Below, one piece after another: positions 10,517-19,306 of a stretch of DNA of 64,000 bases. Source of the DNA: an uncultured cyanobacterium. GTDB taxonomy: Bacteria; Cyanobacteriota; Cyanobacteriia; Pseudanabaenales; Pseudanabaenaceae. The translations under genes and the position numbers were made by a program. The stretch is taken from positions 2,656,001 through 2,720,000 of the forward strand of contig OY969811.1 of NCBI GenBank assembly GCA_963703315.1, read 5' to 3'. The notes beneath the pieces are model-generated. The model was given only the letters and a program-made list of their open reading frames with translations. It was not told where the DNA came from and searched no databases. Position 1 is the first letter of the stretch, and every line of letters starts with the position of its first letter.

Positions 10517-11728
10517 TTATATTTTCTCAGCAATATATTTAGCGATACGCGATGATGCACCTGCTTGTCCCATGCGCTCTTCGCCATTACGACTGACTTC
10601 TTGAAAGTAATCAGGATCTTGCAAAATAGAACTAACCACATCCGCTGCCTGAGCAGGTTTTTCAATCAAATTAATCGAACAACCTAATAAATCTGCCTGT
10701 TCGTTGGCAAATTTGCGGGTAAATTGGGGACCATTGCCTGCGATCGTAATCACGGGTTTACCAACTCCCACCAGTTGCTCAGTAGCAGTTCCTGCCATCG
10801 CTAACCCTAAATGACATTGATTTAAGCAATCGCTAAAGCCATCTTGCAATAAAATCAATCGCGCATTTTGGACTTTAAAAGTGGTTTCGTCAATGCGTAG
10901 CCAACCTTTTTGGATAATGCTCTGTCCAATTACTTCTAGATCTAAATCAGGGGCGATCGCCACTAAGAAATGTACATTATGGGGAATCGTGCGGGCAACG
11001 ACTTGGGCGCATAGCATTAAGGTCATCCAATTTTCGTAGGCTTCAGGCGATCGCGAACCAGGTAAAATTGCTACAACCCAATCATCTTCACCAATGCCAA
11101 AGTTAATGCCTTGGGGTTCGAGTCCATCCATCATCGAGTTACCAAGATAGACCGCAGGTAATTTAAAATCGCGATTCAAGATTTCCGCAGTTAATAAATC
11201 ACGAACAAATACCGCTTTGCAGCGATCGCTATTCATTAAGCTGCGTTCCCAAGGGAAAAAGATGGAGCCACCAAAAGGCTTTTTGACATGGGGTAAAACG
11301 CTTTTGCGATCGCGCCAATAATATTCTGATTTCGCGGTAGCCACAAACACAAAGTCACAGCCCCCAAATTTTGACGGTAACCATGCAAATAGCAATGGCA
11401 CAATATCGCCAACTGCCAAAATCAGTCGTTTCCCTCTTCTCTTTTCCCGTGACCAGTTCCAGACAAAACCGAGTTGTTTGCGAGTTAGCCCCACTAACCC
11501 ACTTTTGACATCACGGGCAAGTTGGCGGCTATCCATGCGGACAAATCCCCCTGATGGCATTGCCTGTGTTACTTGCTGAGCAATGGGGATATTTGCTTTG
11601 GTGTAGGCGTGTCCCACACCTACCATTGGCAAAGCGATCGCCGTAAATCCTAATTTTTCGAGTTCAATGCAAATACGGGTAGCGATGATATCTTCACCAT
11701 GACCATTACTAATACATAAAATTTCCAC
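10517..11728 (-). CDS. Lipid-A-disaccharide synthase-related protein (GT-B fold)
   Basis: ISNGHGED N-terminus, LPGSR, AMAGTATEQ, GPQFT motifs; GTG start. Confidence 0.8.
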   Translation of the reverse strand: MEILCISNGHGEDIIATRICIELEKLGFTAIALPMVGVGHAYTKANIPIAQQVTQAMPSGGFVRMDSRQLARDVKSGLVGLTRKQLGFVWNWSREKRRGKRLILAVGDIVPLLFAWLPSKFGGCDFVFVATAKSEYYWRDRKSVLPHVKKPFGGSIFFPWERSLMNSDRCKAVFVRDLLTAEILNRDFKLPAVYLGNSMMDGLEPQGINFGIGEDDWVVAILPGSRSPEAYENWMTLMLCAQVVARTIPHNVHFLVAIAPDLDLEVIGQSIIQKGWLRIDETTFKVQNARLILLQDGFSDCLNQCHLGLAMAGTATEQLVGVGKPVITIAGNGPQFTRKFANEQADLLGCSINLIEKPAQAADVVSSILQDPDYFQEVSRNGEERMGQAGASSRIAKYIAEKI

Positions 11729-11810
11729 GGGTTACCAAAAGTCTCTGATCTACAAATTCTAATTACTGCTTTTCTGCCCCATATAACAAAGTGAAAATCA
11801 GCTAAAACCC

Positions 11811-11873
11811 CAGAAGTGAGGGGCGGCGCTTTGCGCTGCCCCTCACTTCTGCTTTTATGTCCTAAGCAAAACT
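11811..11873. repeat. REP/MITE-like hairpin with TTTTATGTCCTAAGCAAAACT tail
   Basis: CAGAAGTGAGGGGCGGCGC-TTT-GCGCTGCCCCTCACTTCTG; similar tail recurs near 43581, 44449 and 56108. Confidence 0.85.
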
Positions 11874-12062
11874 TTCTTTGCCATAGATGCAGCAAATCCA
11901 CATTGGTCTACTGTAACTTTAGTAGAAACCGCGACATTATGCTGATCGCAGTTTTCATTTTGTCGTAGGCAAACCTTAAACTTAAAACTCAAAACCTTTA
12001 CTGTGATTGTTTTTTGTTTTGCAAATGAGTGCATACTCCTTTGCAAAACGCTATAGGTCGTT

Positions 12063-12833
12063 ATGTTAAGACAAAAAATCAGCTTTTATCTTGATGATCT
12101 TGCGACACCAATCGGCAAGTTAATTAATATTGCGATCGCTTTCCTTGTCCTTGCCTCTGCCAGCAGTTTTGTCGCCCAAACCTATGAAATTGCTGAGATC
12201 ACCCGTCACAGACTGAATCTTTTGGATGACATCATCCTTTGCGTATTTGTCTTTGAATATTTTTTGCGGCTTTGGTGTGCCGAGGACAAGCTTAAATATC
12301 TGTTTAGTCTGTATGCGATTATCGATCTCGTCGTAATTTTACCCTTCTTTTTGGGAGCGATCGATGTCGCCTTTATTCGCCTACTACGCTGGTTTCGAGT
12401 TTTACGCTTGATTCGTCTCGTGGAGTCGCGATCGCTCTTTGTGAATAAGACCGAAGATATTGCCATTTTATTGCGGATTCTCTTCACCCTATTTGCGATC
12501 GTCTTTGTCTTCTCAGGTTTGGTTTATCAAATAGAACACCCTAGCAACCCTAAGTTCCATAATTTTCTTGATGCTTTCTATTTCTCAATTTTCACAATGA
12601 CTACGGTGGGCTATAGCGATGTTATGCCCAAGTCTGATGCTGGCAAACTTACCACCGTGCTGATGGTACTTACAGGAATTGCACTGATTCCTGTTCAGTT
12701 AGGAGAACTATTTAAGAGATTGATTAAGACAGCTAATCAAAGCGAGACACAACAGGTGATCTGCACTGGTTGTGGACTGTCATTACATGATGCGGATGCC
12801 CAGTTTTGTAAAGTATGTGGAACTAAACTCTAA
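12063..12833 (+). CDS. 6-TM potassium channel / ion transporter with C-terminal zinc ribbon
   Basis: S4 RLLRWFRVLRLIR, pore TMTTVGYSD, C-terminal CxxC...CxxC. Confidence 0.88.
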   Translation: MLRQKISFYLDDLATPIGKLINIAIAFLVLASASSFVAQTYEIAEITRHRLNLLDDIILCVFVFEYFLRLWCAEDKLKYLFSLYAIIDLVVILPFFLGAIDVAFIRLLRWFRVLRLIRLVESRSLFVNKTEDIAILLRILFTLFAIVFVFSGLVYQIEHPSNPKFHNFLDAFYFSIFTMTTVGYSDVMPKSDAGKLTTVLMVLTGIALIPVQLGELFKRLIKTANQSETQQVICTGCGLSLHDADAQFCKVCGTKL

Positions 12834-12836
12834 CCA

Positions 12837-12877
12837 CAGAATTGAGTGGCGGCGCAAAGCGCCGCCACTCAATTCTG
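12837..12877. repeat. REP-like hairpin
   Basis: CAGAATTGAGTGGCGGCGC-AAA-GCGCCGCCACTCAATTCTG. Confidence 0.85.
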
Positions 12878-13024
12878 GTTTTGATTTGTCTTAATGCAAG
12901 TGACTAAATCGATAGGACAAATGTTTTTTGACCTATCGATTTAGTTAGATGGTTGAATTGGTCTATGGTTGATCAACTGATATTGAGCATGATCACTATT
13001 GTTATCGTTAGACTTCTCTCTTTC

Positions 13025-13067
13025 GTACTAGGTGCTACAAAAGTGACCTAAAGGCGGTGCTTACTAT
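13025..13067 (+). promoter_or_regulatory. NtcA-activated promoter
   Basis: GTA-CTAGGTGC-TAC (13025-13038), 23-nt spacer, TACTAT -10 (13062-13067). Confidence 0.75.
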
Positions 13068-13098
13068 AAATAGAAGTTACTAAAGCCAAGGTTCGCTA

Positions 13099-14382
13099 AT
13101 GCATAACCATTATTCTGTAATCATCGTTGGTGGTGGTCAGGCAGGACTCTCCATGAGCTATTGCTTAAAGGAAAGAGAAATTGACCACATTGTGTTTGAG
13201 AAAAATCGCATCGGACATTCATGGCGCGATCGCCGATGGGATTCTTTTTGCTTGGTGACTCCCAACTGGCAATGTCAGCTTCCGGGCTATCACTACAATG
13301 GCAGTGATCCCAATGGATTCATGCAAAAAGATGAAATCGTGAAATATATTGAGGAATATGCCGCTTCCTTTTCACCGCCGATCAAAGAAGGTGTCGAGGT
13401 TTTAAAAGTAACTAAAAATGATGCCTTGAATGTATTTGAAATCAATACGACGATTGGTGATTTCACTGCCGATCAGGTGGTAATTGCAGTGGGAGGCTAC
13501 CATAACCCGAAGCTACCACGTATTGCTGAGAGATTTCCTGCAAATATCATGCAGTTGCATTCTTCTCAATACCAAAATCCTGAATCTTTGCCTGACGGTG
13601 CGGTGCTGGTAGTTGGGACTGGGCAATCGGGCTGTCAGATTGCGGAAGATTTGCACCTCGCAGGTAAGCAAGTCCATTTATGTGTGGGCAGTGCGCCGCG
13701 ATCGCCTCGTCGCTATCGGGGTAAAGATGTCGTGGATTGGCTCGCGCAAATGGGCTATTACGACCTAGCGATCGATGAGCATCCGCAAAAAGAGAAGGTC
13801 AGAGCTAAAGCTAATCATTATGTGACAGGGCGTGATGGTGGTCGGGAGATAAATCTGCGCCAGTTTGCGATCGAAGGAATGCAACTGCATGGCAGATTGA
13901 AAGCTATTCATAATAGCAAGTTGGAATTCTTTGATGATTTAGTCCAGAACCTTGATAGTGCTGATGCAGTGGCGGAAAGCATCAAGAAAACTATTGATGG
14001 ATTTATTGACAAGAACCAGATTGCAGCACCGATTGATCCGCCTTATCAACCAGTATGGCAACCTCAAGAATCCATCTTAGCGATCGATTTTGTGAAAGCA
14101 AATATTAGTGTCGTGATTTGGTGTACTGGCTATCATACGGACTTTAGCTGGATTGAGATTCCTGTGTTTGATGGCAAGGGCTATCCCGGACATAAGCGTG
14201 GTGTGACAGATGTCAGTGGTTTCTACTTCTTAGGATTGCCTTGGCTATACACTTGGGGCTCGGGGCGATTCTCAGGAATTGCGAGGGATGCTAACTATTT
14301 AGCTGATGGCATGATCTCCAAGAAGAAAGCTTCCTCTTCTAGTGCTTGGAGCATTGTCAATGAATTTCTCATTGGTTCGTAA
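13099..14382 (+). CDS. nitH: Nit1C flavin-dependent oxidoreductase (MSMEG_0569 family)
   Basis: GGGQAG FAD motif, RWDSFCLVTPNWQ, GTGQSG, LPWLYTWGSGRF; Nit1C context. Confidence 0.85.
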   Translation: MHNHYSVIIVGGGQAGLSMSYCLKEREIDHIVFEKNRIGHSWRDRRWDSFCLVTPNWQCQLPGYHYNGSDPNGFMQKDEIVKYIEEYAASFSPPIKEGVEVLKVTKNDALNVFEINTTIGDFTADQVVIAVGGYHNPKLPRIAERFPANIMQLHSSQYQNPESLPDGAVLVVGTGQSGCQIAEDLHLAGKQVHLCVGSAPRSPRRYRGKDVVDWLAQMGYYDLAIDEHPQKEKVRAKANHYVTGRDGGREINLRQFAIEGMQLHGRLKAIHNSKLEFFDDLVQNLDSADAVAESIKKTIDGFIDKNQIAAPIDPPYQPVWQPQESILAIDFVKANISVVIWCTGYHTDFSWIEIPVFDGKGYPGHKRGVTDVSGFYFLGLPWLYTWGSGRFSGIARDANYLADGMISKKKASSSSAWSIVNEFLIGS

Positions 14383-14499
14383 CATCAGCTACAACAAATT
14401 CACAAACTAGCGATTTCGCTAGGTGATTTAGATGGATTTTGGTTGATTGCTGACATTGCGATCGCCATCCCTATACATATGAATAGACTTCGATCTTCC

Positions 14500-14542
14500 G
14501 TATTCAGTGTTACAAAACACCTTGTGAGAGAGCGCTTAATCT
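14500..14542 (+). promoter_or_regulatory. NtcA-activated promoter
   Basis: GTA-TTCAGTGT-TAC (14500-14513), 23-nt spacer, TAATCT -10 (14537-14542). Confidence 0.75.
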
Positions 14543-14587
14543 GGCTTTCATCAAGCAATACCAATCATCAAACTAAGGATACATATC

Positions 14588-15070
14588 ATGCCTCAAGTTA
14601 CAGCGCCTGCTCATCAAACTGGTGACTTTTTTGTTGATTACGAAGAGAAAGTATTTCCTGATGTCAAAGCCGAAGCTGGAGAGAAAGCATTAGTAACTTT
14701 CCATACAGTTGCTTTTGAAGGTTCGATTGGTTTTGTGAACTTACTCCAAGCAACTCGCTTACAGCGTAAAGGTTTTGAGACTTCTATTTTACTCTATGGT
14801 CCTGGGGTAACTCTGGGGGTACAACGTGGTTTTCCAAAATTGGGCGATGCTGCTTTCCCTGGACATCAGAACTTCAACGAGCAAATCACTAAATTTATGT
14901 CCGAAGGTGGCAAGGTTTATGCTTGTCGTTTCGCATTGCAAGCACTCTATGGTCACGGTGAAACTTCCCTCATTCCGGGAATCCGCCCCATTAGTCCCCT
15001 AGATGTATTGGATATCATGCTTATGCACCGCAAGGATGGCGCTTTCATTTTAGATACTTGGACTCTCTAA
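14588..15070 (+). CDS. nitB: Nit1C Sll0783/MSMEG_0572 family protein (DsrE-like)
   Basis: [33 protein letters not shown]. Confidence 0.88.
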   Translation: MPQVTAPAHQTGDFFVDYEEKVFPDVKAEAGEKALVTFHTVAFEGSIGFVNLLQATRLQRKGFETSILLYGPGVTLGVQRGFPKLGDAAFPGHQNFNEQITKFMSEGGKVYACRFALQALYGHGETSLIPGIRPISPLDVLDIMLMHRKDGAFILDTWTL

Positions 15071-15080
15071 GGAACTTTTT

Positions 15081-16052
15081 ATGGACTATTCACGCATAGT
15101 TAGAGCTGCTGCCGTTCAAATTAGCCCCGTTTTGTTTAGTCGTGATGGTACGACGGAGAAAGTTCTCGATGCGATCGCTAAAGCATCTAAAGAAGGCGCT
15201 CAACTGGTTGTATTTCCAGAAACATTTATCCCTTACTACCCCTACTTTTCCTTTGTGCAGCCACCTGTTTTGATGGGTAAAGAACATATGCGTCTTTACG
15301 AAGAAGCGGTGACAGTACCAAGTCCTGTAACTGAGGCGGTGAGTAATGCGGCAAAATCCTATGGCATTGTTGTGGTGCTAGGGATAAATGAGCGTGATCA
15401 TGGTTCGCTGTATAACACACAGCTTATCTTTGATGCTGACGGCACATTGGTGTTAAAGCGCCGCAAAATTACGCCGACCTATCACGAACGGATGGTTTGG
15501 GGACAGGGCGACGGTGCGGGTCTAACTGTGGTGGATACGGCTGTGGGCAAAGTTGGGGCTTTAGCTTGCTGGGAGCATTACAATCCTCTAGCAAGATATG
15601 CGTTGATGGCACAACATGAGCAAATCCATTGCGCTCAGTTCCCCGGTTCCTTAGTTGGGCAGATTTTCACCGATCAGATTGAGGTGACAATTCGCCATCA
15701 TGCTTTGGAGTCAGGGTGCTTTGTGATTAATTCTACGGGCTGGCTATCACCTGAACAGGTCGCTCAGATTACAACTGACGAGAAGTTACAGAAAGTACTG
15801 AGTGGTGGTTGCAACACAGCAATTATTGGACCAGAGGGCAATCATCTCTGTCCACCCATTACGGAAGGTGAAGGTATCGTGATCGCCGATCTAGATTTCT
15901 CGCTGATCACTAAGCGAAAGCGGATGATGGATTCGGTTGGTCACTATGCCCGTCCTGAGTTGCTGCAATTACATCTCAACTCTAGTGCTGCATCAGTAAT
16001 GACAGAGCAGTTACCTGAAGTGCTAGGAGATCTAGAAATTCCGATTGCTTAA
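15081..16052 (+). CDS. nitC: Nit6803-family nitrilase
   Basis: Catalytic E (FPE), K ([11 protein letters not shown]) and C (ACWEH); GHYARPELL. Confidence 0.93.
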   Translation: MDYSRIVRAAAVQISPVLFSRDGTTEKVLDAIAKASKEGAQLVVFPETFIPYYPYFSFVQPPVLMGKEHMRLYEEAVTVPSPVTEAVSNAAKSYGIVVVLGINERDHGSLYNTQLIFDADGTLVLKRRKITPTYHERMVWGQGDGAGLTVVDTAVGKVGALACWEHYNPLARYALMAQHEQIHCAQFPGSLVGQIFTDQIEVTIRHHALESGCFVINSTGWLSPEQVAQITTDEKLQKVLSGGCNTAIIGPEGNHLCPPITEGEGIVIADLDFSLITKRKRMMDSVGHYARPELLQLHLNSSAASVMTEQLPEVLGDLEIPIA

Positions 16053-16090
16053 TTTCTCTCTACTACTCTTTTTAAATAAAATTCAAATCA

Positions 16091-16519
16091 ATGGAACTCA
16101 AGCCGCCCTTACCTCCTTTTACTCTAGAAACTGCGATCGCCAAAGTGCAAGCCGCCGAAGATGCTTGGAATACTCGCGATCCTGCTCGAGTTGCTTTAGC
16201 CTATACCGAAGATTCTCAATGGCGGAATCGGGCGGAATTTTTTAGCGGACGGGAGGCGATTCGGGAATTTCTCAAGCGTAAATGGGCGAAGGAGATGGAC
16301 TACCGCCTCAAAAAAGAACTTTGGAGTTTCACCGATAACCGCATATCCGTACGCTTTGAATATGAGTGGCACGATGACTCTGGTTATTGGTATCGCGCCT
16401 ACGGGAATGAGCAGTGGGAATTTGCGGAAAATGGGCTGATGCGACGACGGGAAGCCAGTATTAATGATGTTCTCATTCAAGAATCGGAACGTAAGTTTCG
16501 CTGGGAGCGTAAGTCCTAA
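16091..16519 (+). CDS. DUF1348 / NTF2(SnoaL)-like protein
   Basis: [41 protein letters not shown]. Confidence 0.85.
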   Translation: MELKPPLPPFTLETAIAKVQAAEDAWNTRDPARVALAYTEDSQWRNRAEFFSGREAIREFLKRKWAKEMDYRLKKELWSFTDNRISVRFEYEWHDDSGYWYRAYGNEQWEFAENGLMRRREASINDVLIQESERKFRWERKS

Positions 16520-17611
16520 ATGAACAAGCAACAGCTAATTACCGATATTCAAACTCAGGGATTGAGTTGGGTGGAGCCGAATGTGGGTGTAGCGGGTCGT
16601 AAAGGTGGTGCGGGACCTTCTGACCATAAGGCGGTCACAATTGACGGTACGACGGTGATGGTTCCTATTTACACTGGCTCATCGGCGCGATCGCCTTATA
16701 AGGCAACAATCAATCCCGATACTGAGCAATTAGTCCTCCATTTAGACGATCTCGAAGTGCTACCGATCGCCTTTCCGCAGGAGCCAAAGTTCTATAGCCT
16801 GACCACAGCAGATGGTATTCCCTATCGCAAAATTGCCCTATTGCATAGCCGAGATGTCCTTGCGACAACGGTTTTGCAAACCTGTATGCGATACAACAAT
16901 ACGGAAACTTCCTGTCAATTTTGTGCGATCGGTGCATCTCTAGAGGCAGGTCGCACGATCGCCAGAAAAACTCCTGCTCAACTTGCGGAAGTGACCGAAG
17001 CAGCCGTGCGTCTTGACGGAGTTAAGCATCTGGTTATGACCACAGGTACACCAAATACTAGCGATCGCGGTGCAGCATATTTAACGGAATGTGCGCGGGC
17101 AATTAAAGCAAAGGTGGATATTCCGATTCAGGCACAATGCGAACCGCCCGATGATTTTATCTGGTTCGATCGCATGAAGGAGGCAGGAATTGATACTTTA
17201 GGAATGCATTTAGAAGCCGCCGATCCAGAGGTGCGATCGCGCATTATGGCAGGTAAAGCTTCTGTACCCATCGCATATTATTTTGAAGCCTTTGCGGCGG
17301 CGGTGAAAGTCTTTGGTTGGGGACAGGTTAGCACCTATTTGCTGGCTGGGTTGGGTGATAGTTTTGAAACTCTTGTGGAAATTAGCGATCGCCTAATTAA
17401 TTGTGGTGTCTATCCATTTGTAGTTCCCTTTGTGCCGATCTCTGGCACGCCCTTAGCCAATCACCCTGCACCGAAGAGTGAGTTTATGTTTGCCCTTTAC
17501 GAAAAAATTGGTGCGATGCTCAGAGAAGCGGGAATGTTTTCCGCCGATATGAAAGCAGGTTGCGGCAAGTGCGGTGCTTGTTCGGCGCTTTCTACTTTTG
17601 AAAAGTTATAG
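16520..17611 (+). CDS. nitD: Nit1C radical SAM protein (MSMEG_0568 family)
   Basis: RKGGAGPSDHKA, non-canonical CX9CX2C (CMRYNNTETSCQFC), C-terminal CGKCGAC. Confidence 0.88.
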   Translation: MNKQQLITDIQTQGLSWVEPNVGVAGRKGGAGPSDHKAVTIDGTTVMVPIYTGSSARSPYKATINPDTEQLVLHLDDLEVLPIAFPQEPKFYSLTTADGIPYRKIALLHSRDVLATTVLQTCMRYNNTETSCQFCAIGASLEAGRTIARKTPAQLAEVTEAAVRLDGVKHLVMTTGTPNTSDRGAAYLTECARAIKAKVDIPIQAQCEPPDDFIWFDRMKEAGIDTLGMHLEAADPEVRSRIMAGKASVPIAYYFEAFAAAVKVFGWGQVSTYLLAGLGDSFETLVEISDRLINCGVYPFVVPFVPISGTPLANHPAPKSEFMFALYEKIGAMLREAGMFSADMKAGCGKCGACSALSTFEKL

Positions 17612-17622
17612 AAAACAACAAT

Positions 17623-18129
17623 ATGTCCCAATCCTATATATTTAAACTGGCAACCTCTCCTCAAGAAATAAAAGCATACTTCGATTTAAGAAGAGCGATC
17701 TTTGTGGAAGAGCAGGATGTATTTGAAGAAGATGACTTTGATGATATCGATCAGAAAGCTTATCCAATCGTCGCCATTGAACCTACTAGCGATCGCGTTG
17801 TGGGCGTAGTCCGCATTTACGAAGTGCAACCTAGACTTTGGTATGGTGGCAGATTGGGAACTCATCCCGAATTTCGCCGTGGTTGGCAGATTGGCAAGGG
17901 CTTAATCCATAAGGCAGTTACTACTGCGAATACTTGGGGTTGCGATCGCTTTTTGGCAACCGTACAATTACAGAACGTGCGCTTTTTCCAACGCTTGCAT
18001 TGGGAATCCCTAAACGAAATGACGATTTGCGATCGCCCACATCATTTAATGGAAGCCGATCTTAACTTCTATCCTGCGGCGATGGAATTATGTCCTAGTC
18101 TACTACGTCAAGATCTTAAGGTGTCTTGA
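17623..18129 (+). CDS. nitE: Nit1C GNAT acetyltransferase (Sll0786 family)
   Basis: LRRAIFVEEQ, WYGGRLG, FLATVQLQNVRFFQRLHW. Confidence 0.85.
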   Translation: MSQSYIFKLATSPQEIKAYFDLRRAIFVEEQDVFEEDDFDDIDQKAYPIVAIEPTSDRVVGVVRIYEVQPRLWYGGRLGTHPEFRRGWQIGKGLIHKAVTTANTWGCDRFLATVQLQNVRFFQRLHWESLNEMTICDRPHHLMEADLNFYPAAMELCPSLLRQDLKVS

Positions 18130-19091
18130 TGCTGTCAGAATTGGTGACCAGATTAAAGCGATCGCTAAGTTTACCGCAAAAACAGGATATTCAAACGGCT
18201 GCAAAAGCACTATATCAAGGATGGCAACCTGAAACATGGCAAAGCGATCGGGTTCTAGTGGGCGATGATTGTGCGGCAATTCCCGATGGTGATGGCTACT
18301 TGCTATTTGCGGCGGAGGGAATGTTGCCGAAGCTGATTGAAACCGATCCTTGGTTTGCGGGTTGGTGTGCGGTGATGGTGAATGTTAGTGATATCTACGC
18401 GATGGGCGGTACACCAATCGCTGTTGTCGATAGCATTTGGAGTCAATCTCGTGAACAGACAGATCCCTTATGGGAAGGAATGAAGGCTGCATCTCTTGCC
18501 TATCAAGTTCCCATTGTTGGTGGTCATACTAACTGTCATAGTCCCTACGCTGCTTTGTCAGTAGCGATCTTAGGACGCGCCCAACATCTGATTACTAGTT
18601 TCAATGCGAAGCCGAATGATTTGCTGATTATGGCAACAGATTTTCGTGGTAAATCTCATCCTGATTATGCTTTTTGGAATGCTGCGACCACTGCCGAGCC
18701 TTCTCAATTACGACAAAATCTAGCTATATTACCGAAACTGGCAGCGAACGGATGGTGTGATGCGGGGAAAGACATCAGTATGGGTGGACTGATCGGTACG
18801 TTATTGATGCTTTTAGAAACCTCTGAATGTGGTGCAATTCTCGATCTTGATCGGATTCCCTTTCCTGATTCACTTTATCTCGAAAAATGGCTAACTTCAT
18901 TTCCTAGTTATGGATTTCTCTTGAGCATTCGTCCTGAACATTTAGCTAAGGTGCAAGTGGAATTTGCAGAGCAGGATTTAGTCTGTGCAGTGGTTGGAGA
19001 AGTACAAGCATCCAAGAAGTTAATTTTGCGATCGCAATCAGAAGCTGCTCTATTTTGGGATTTTGATCATGAGGCTTTAACGGGATTTTAA
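18126..19091 (+). CDS. nitF: Nit1C AIR-synthase-like protein (Sll0787 family)
   Basis: GDDCAAI, VNVSDIYAMGG, VGGHTN, GKDISMGG. Confidence 0.88.
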   Translation: MMLSELVTRLKRSLSLPQKQDIQTAAKALYQGWQPETWQSDRVLVGDDCAAIPDGDGYLLFAAEGMLPKLIETDPWFAGWCAVMVNVSDIYAMGGTPIAVVDSIWSQSREQTDPLWEGMKAASLAYQVPIVGGHTNCHSPYAALSVAILGRAQHLITSFNAKPNDLLIMATDFRGKSHPDYAFWNAATTAEPSQLRQNLAILPKLAANGWCDAGKDISMGGLIGTLLMLLETSECGAILDLDRIPFPDSLYLEKWLTSFPSYGFLLSIRPEHLAKVQVEFAEQDLVCAVVGEVQASKKLILRSQSEAALFWDFDHEALTGF

Positions 19092-19127
19092 ATTGCGCCA
19101 TAGTTTTTAAATTGTGAAACGATATCT

Positions 19128-19231
19128 TAAGTAGCTGGGCATAATTAAAAACCAGAGCCAAAACCTGTGGCGCACGCGCAGCGTGCGCCACAGGTTTTGG
19201 GGTTTTATATTTAATTGCGCCCAGATACTTA
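19128..19231. mobile_element. MITE-like element with outer inverted repeats and internal hairpin
   Basis: TAAGTAGCTGGGCATAATTAAA ... TTTAATTGCGCCCAGATACTTA around a perfect hairpin (19158-19200) that has the same GGCGCACGC-GCA-GCGTGCGCC core as 7778. Confidence 0.65.
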
Positions 19232-19306
19232 GTAGGTTTGGCTGATGTATTTTGTTAGAATACATGAAGTTTTACTTAAGAATTTATCTTTCTATATAAC
19301 TAAGGT

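Noticed and set aside
11773..11783. TCTGCCCCAT as a spare IS110 target
   Set aside because: Lacks the CT core and the ACA right flank.
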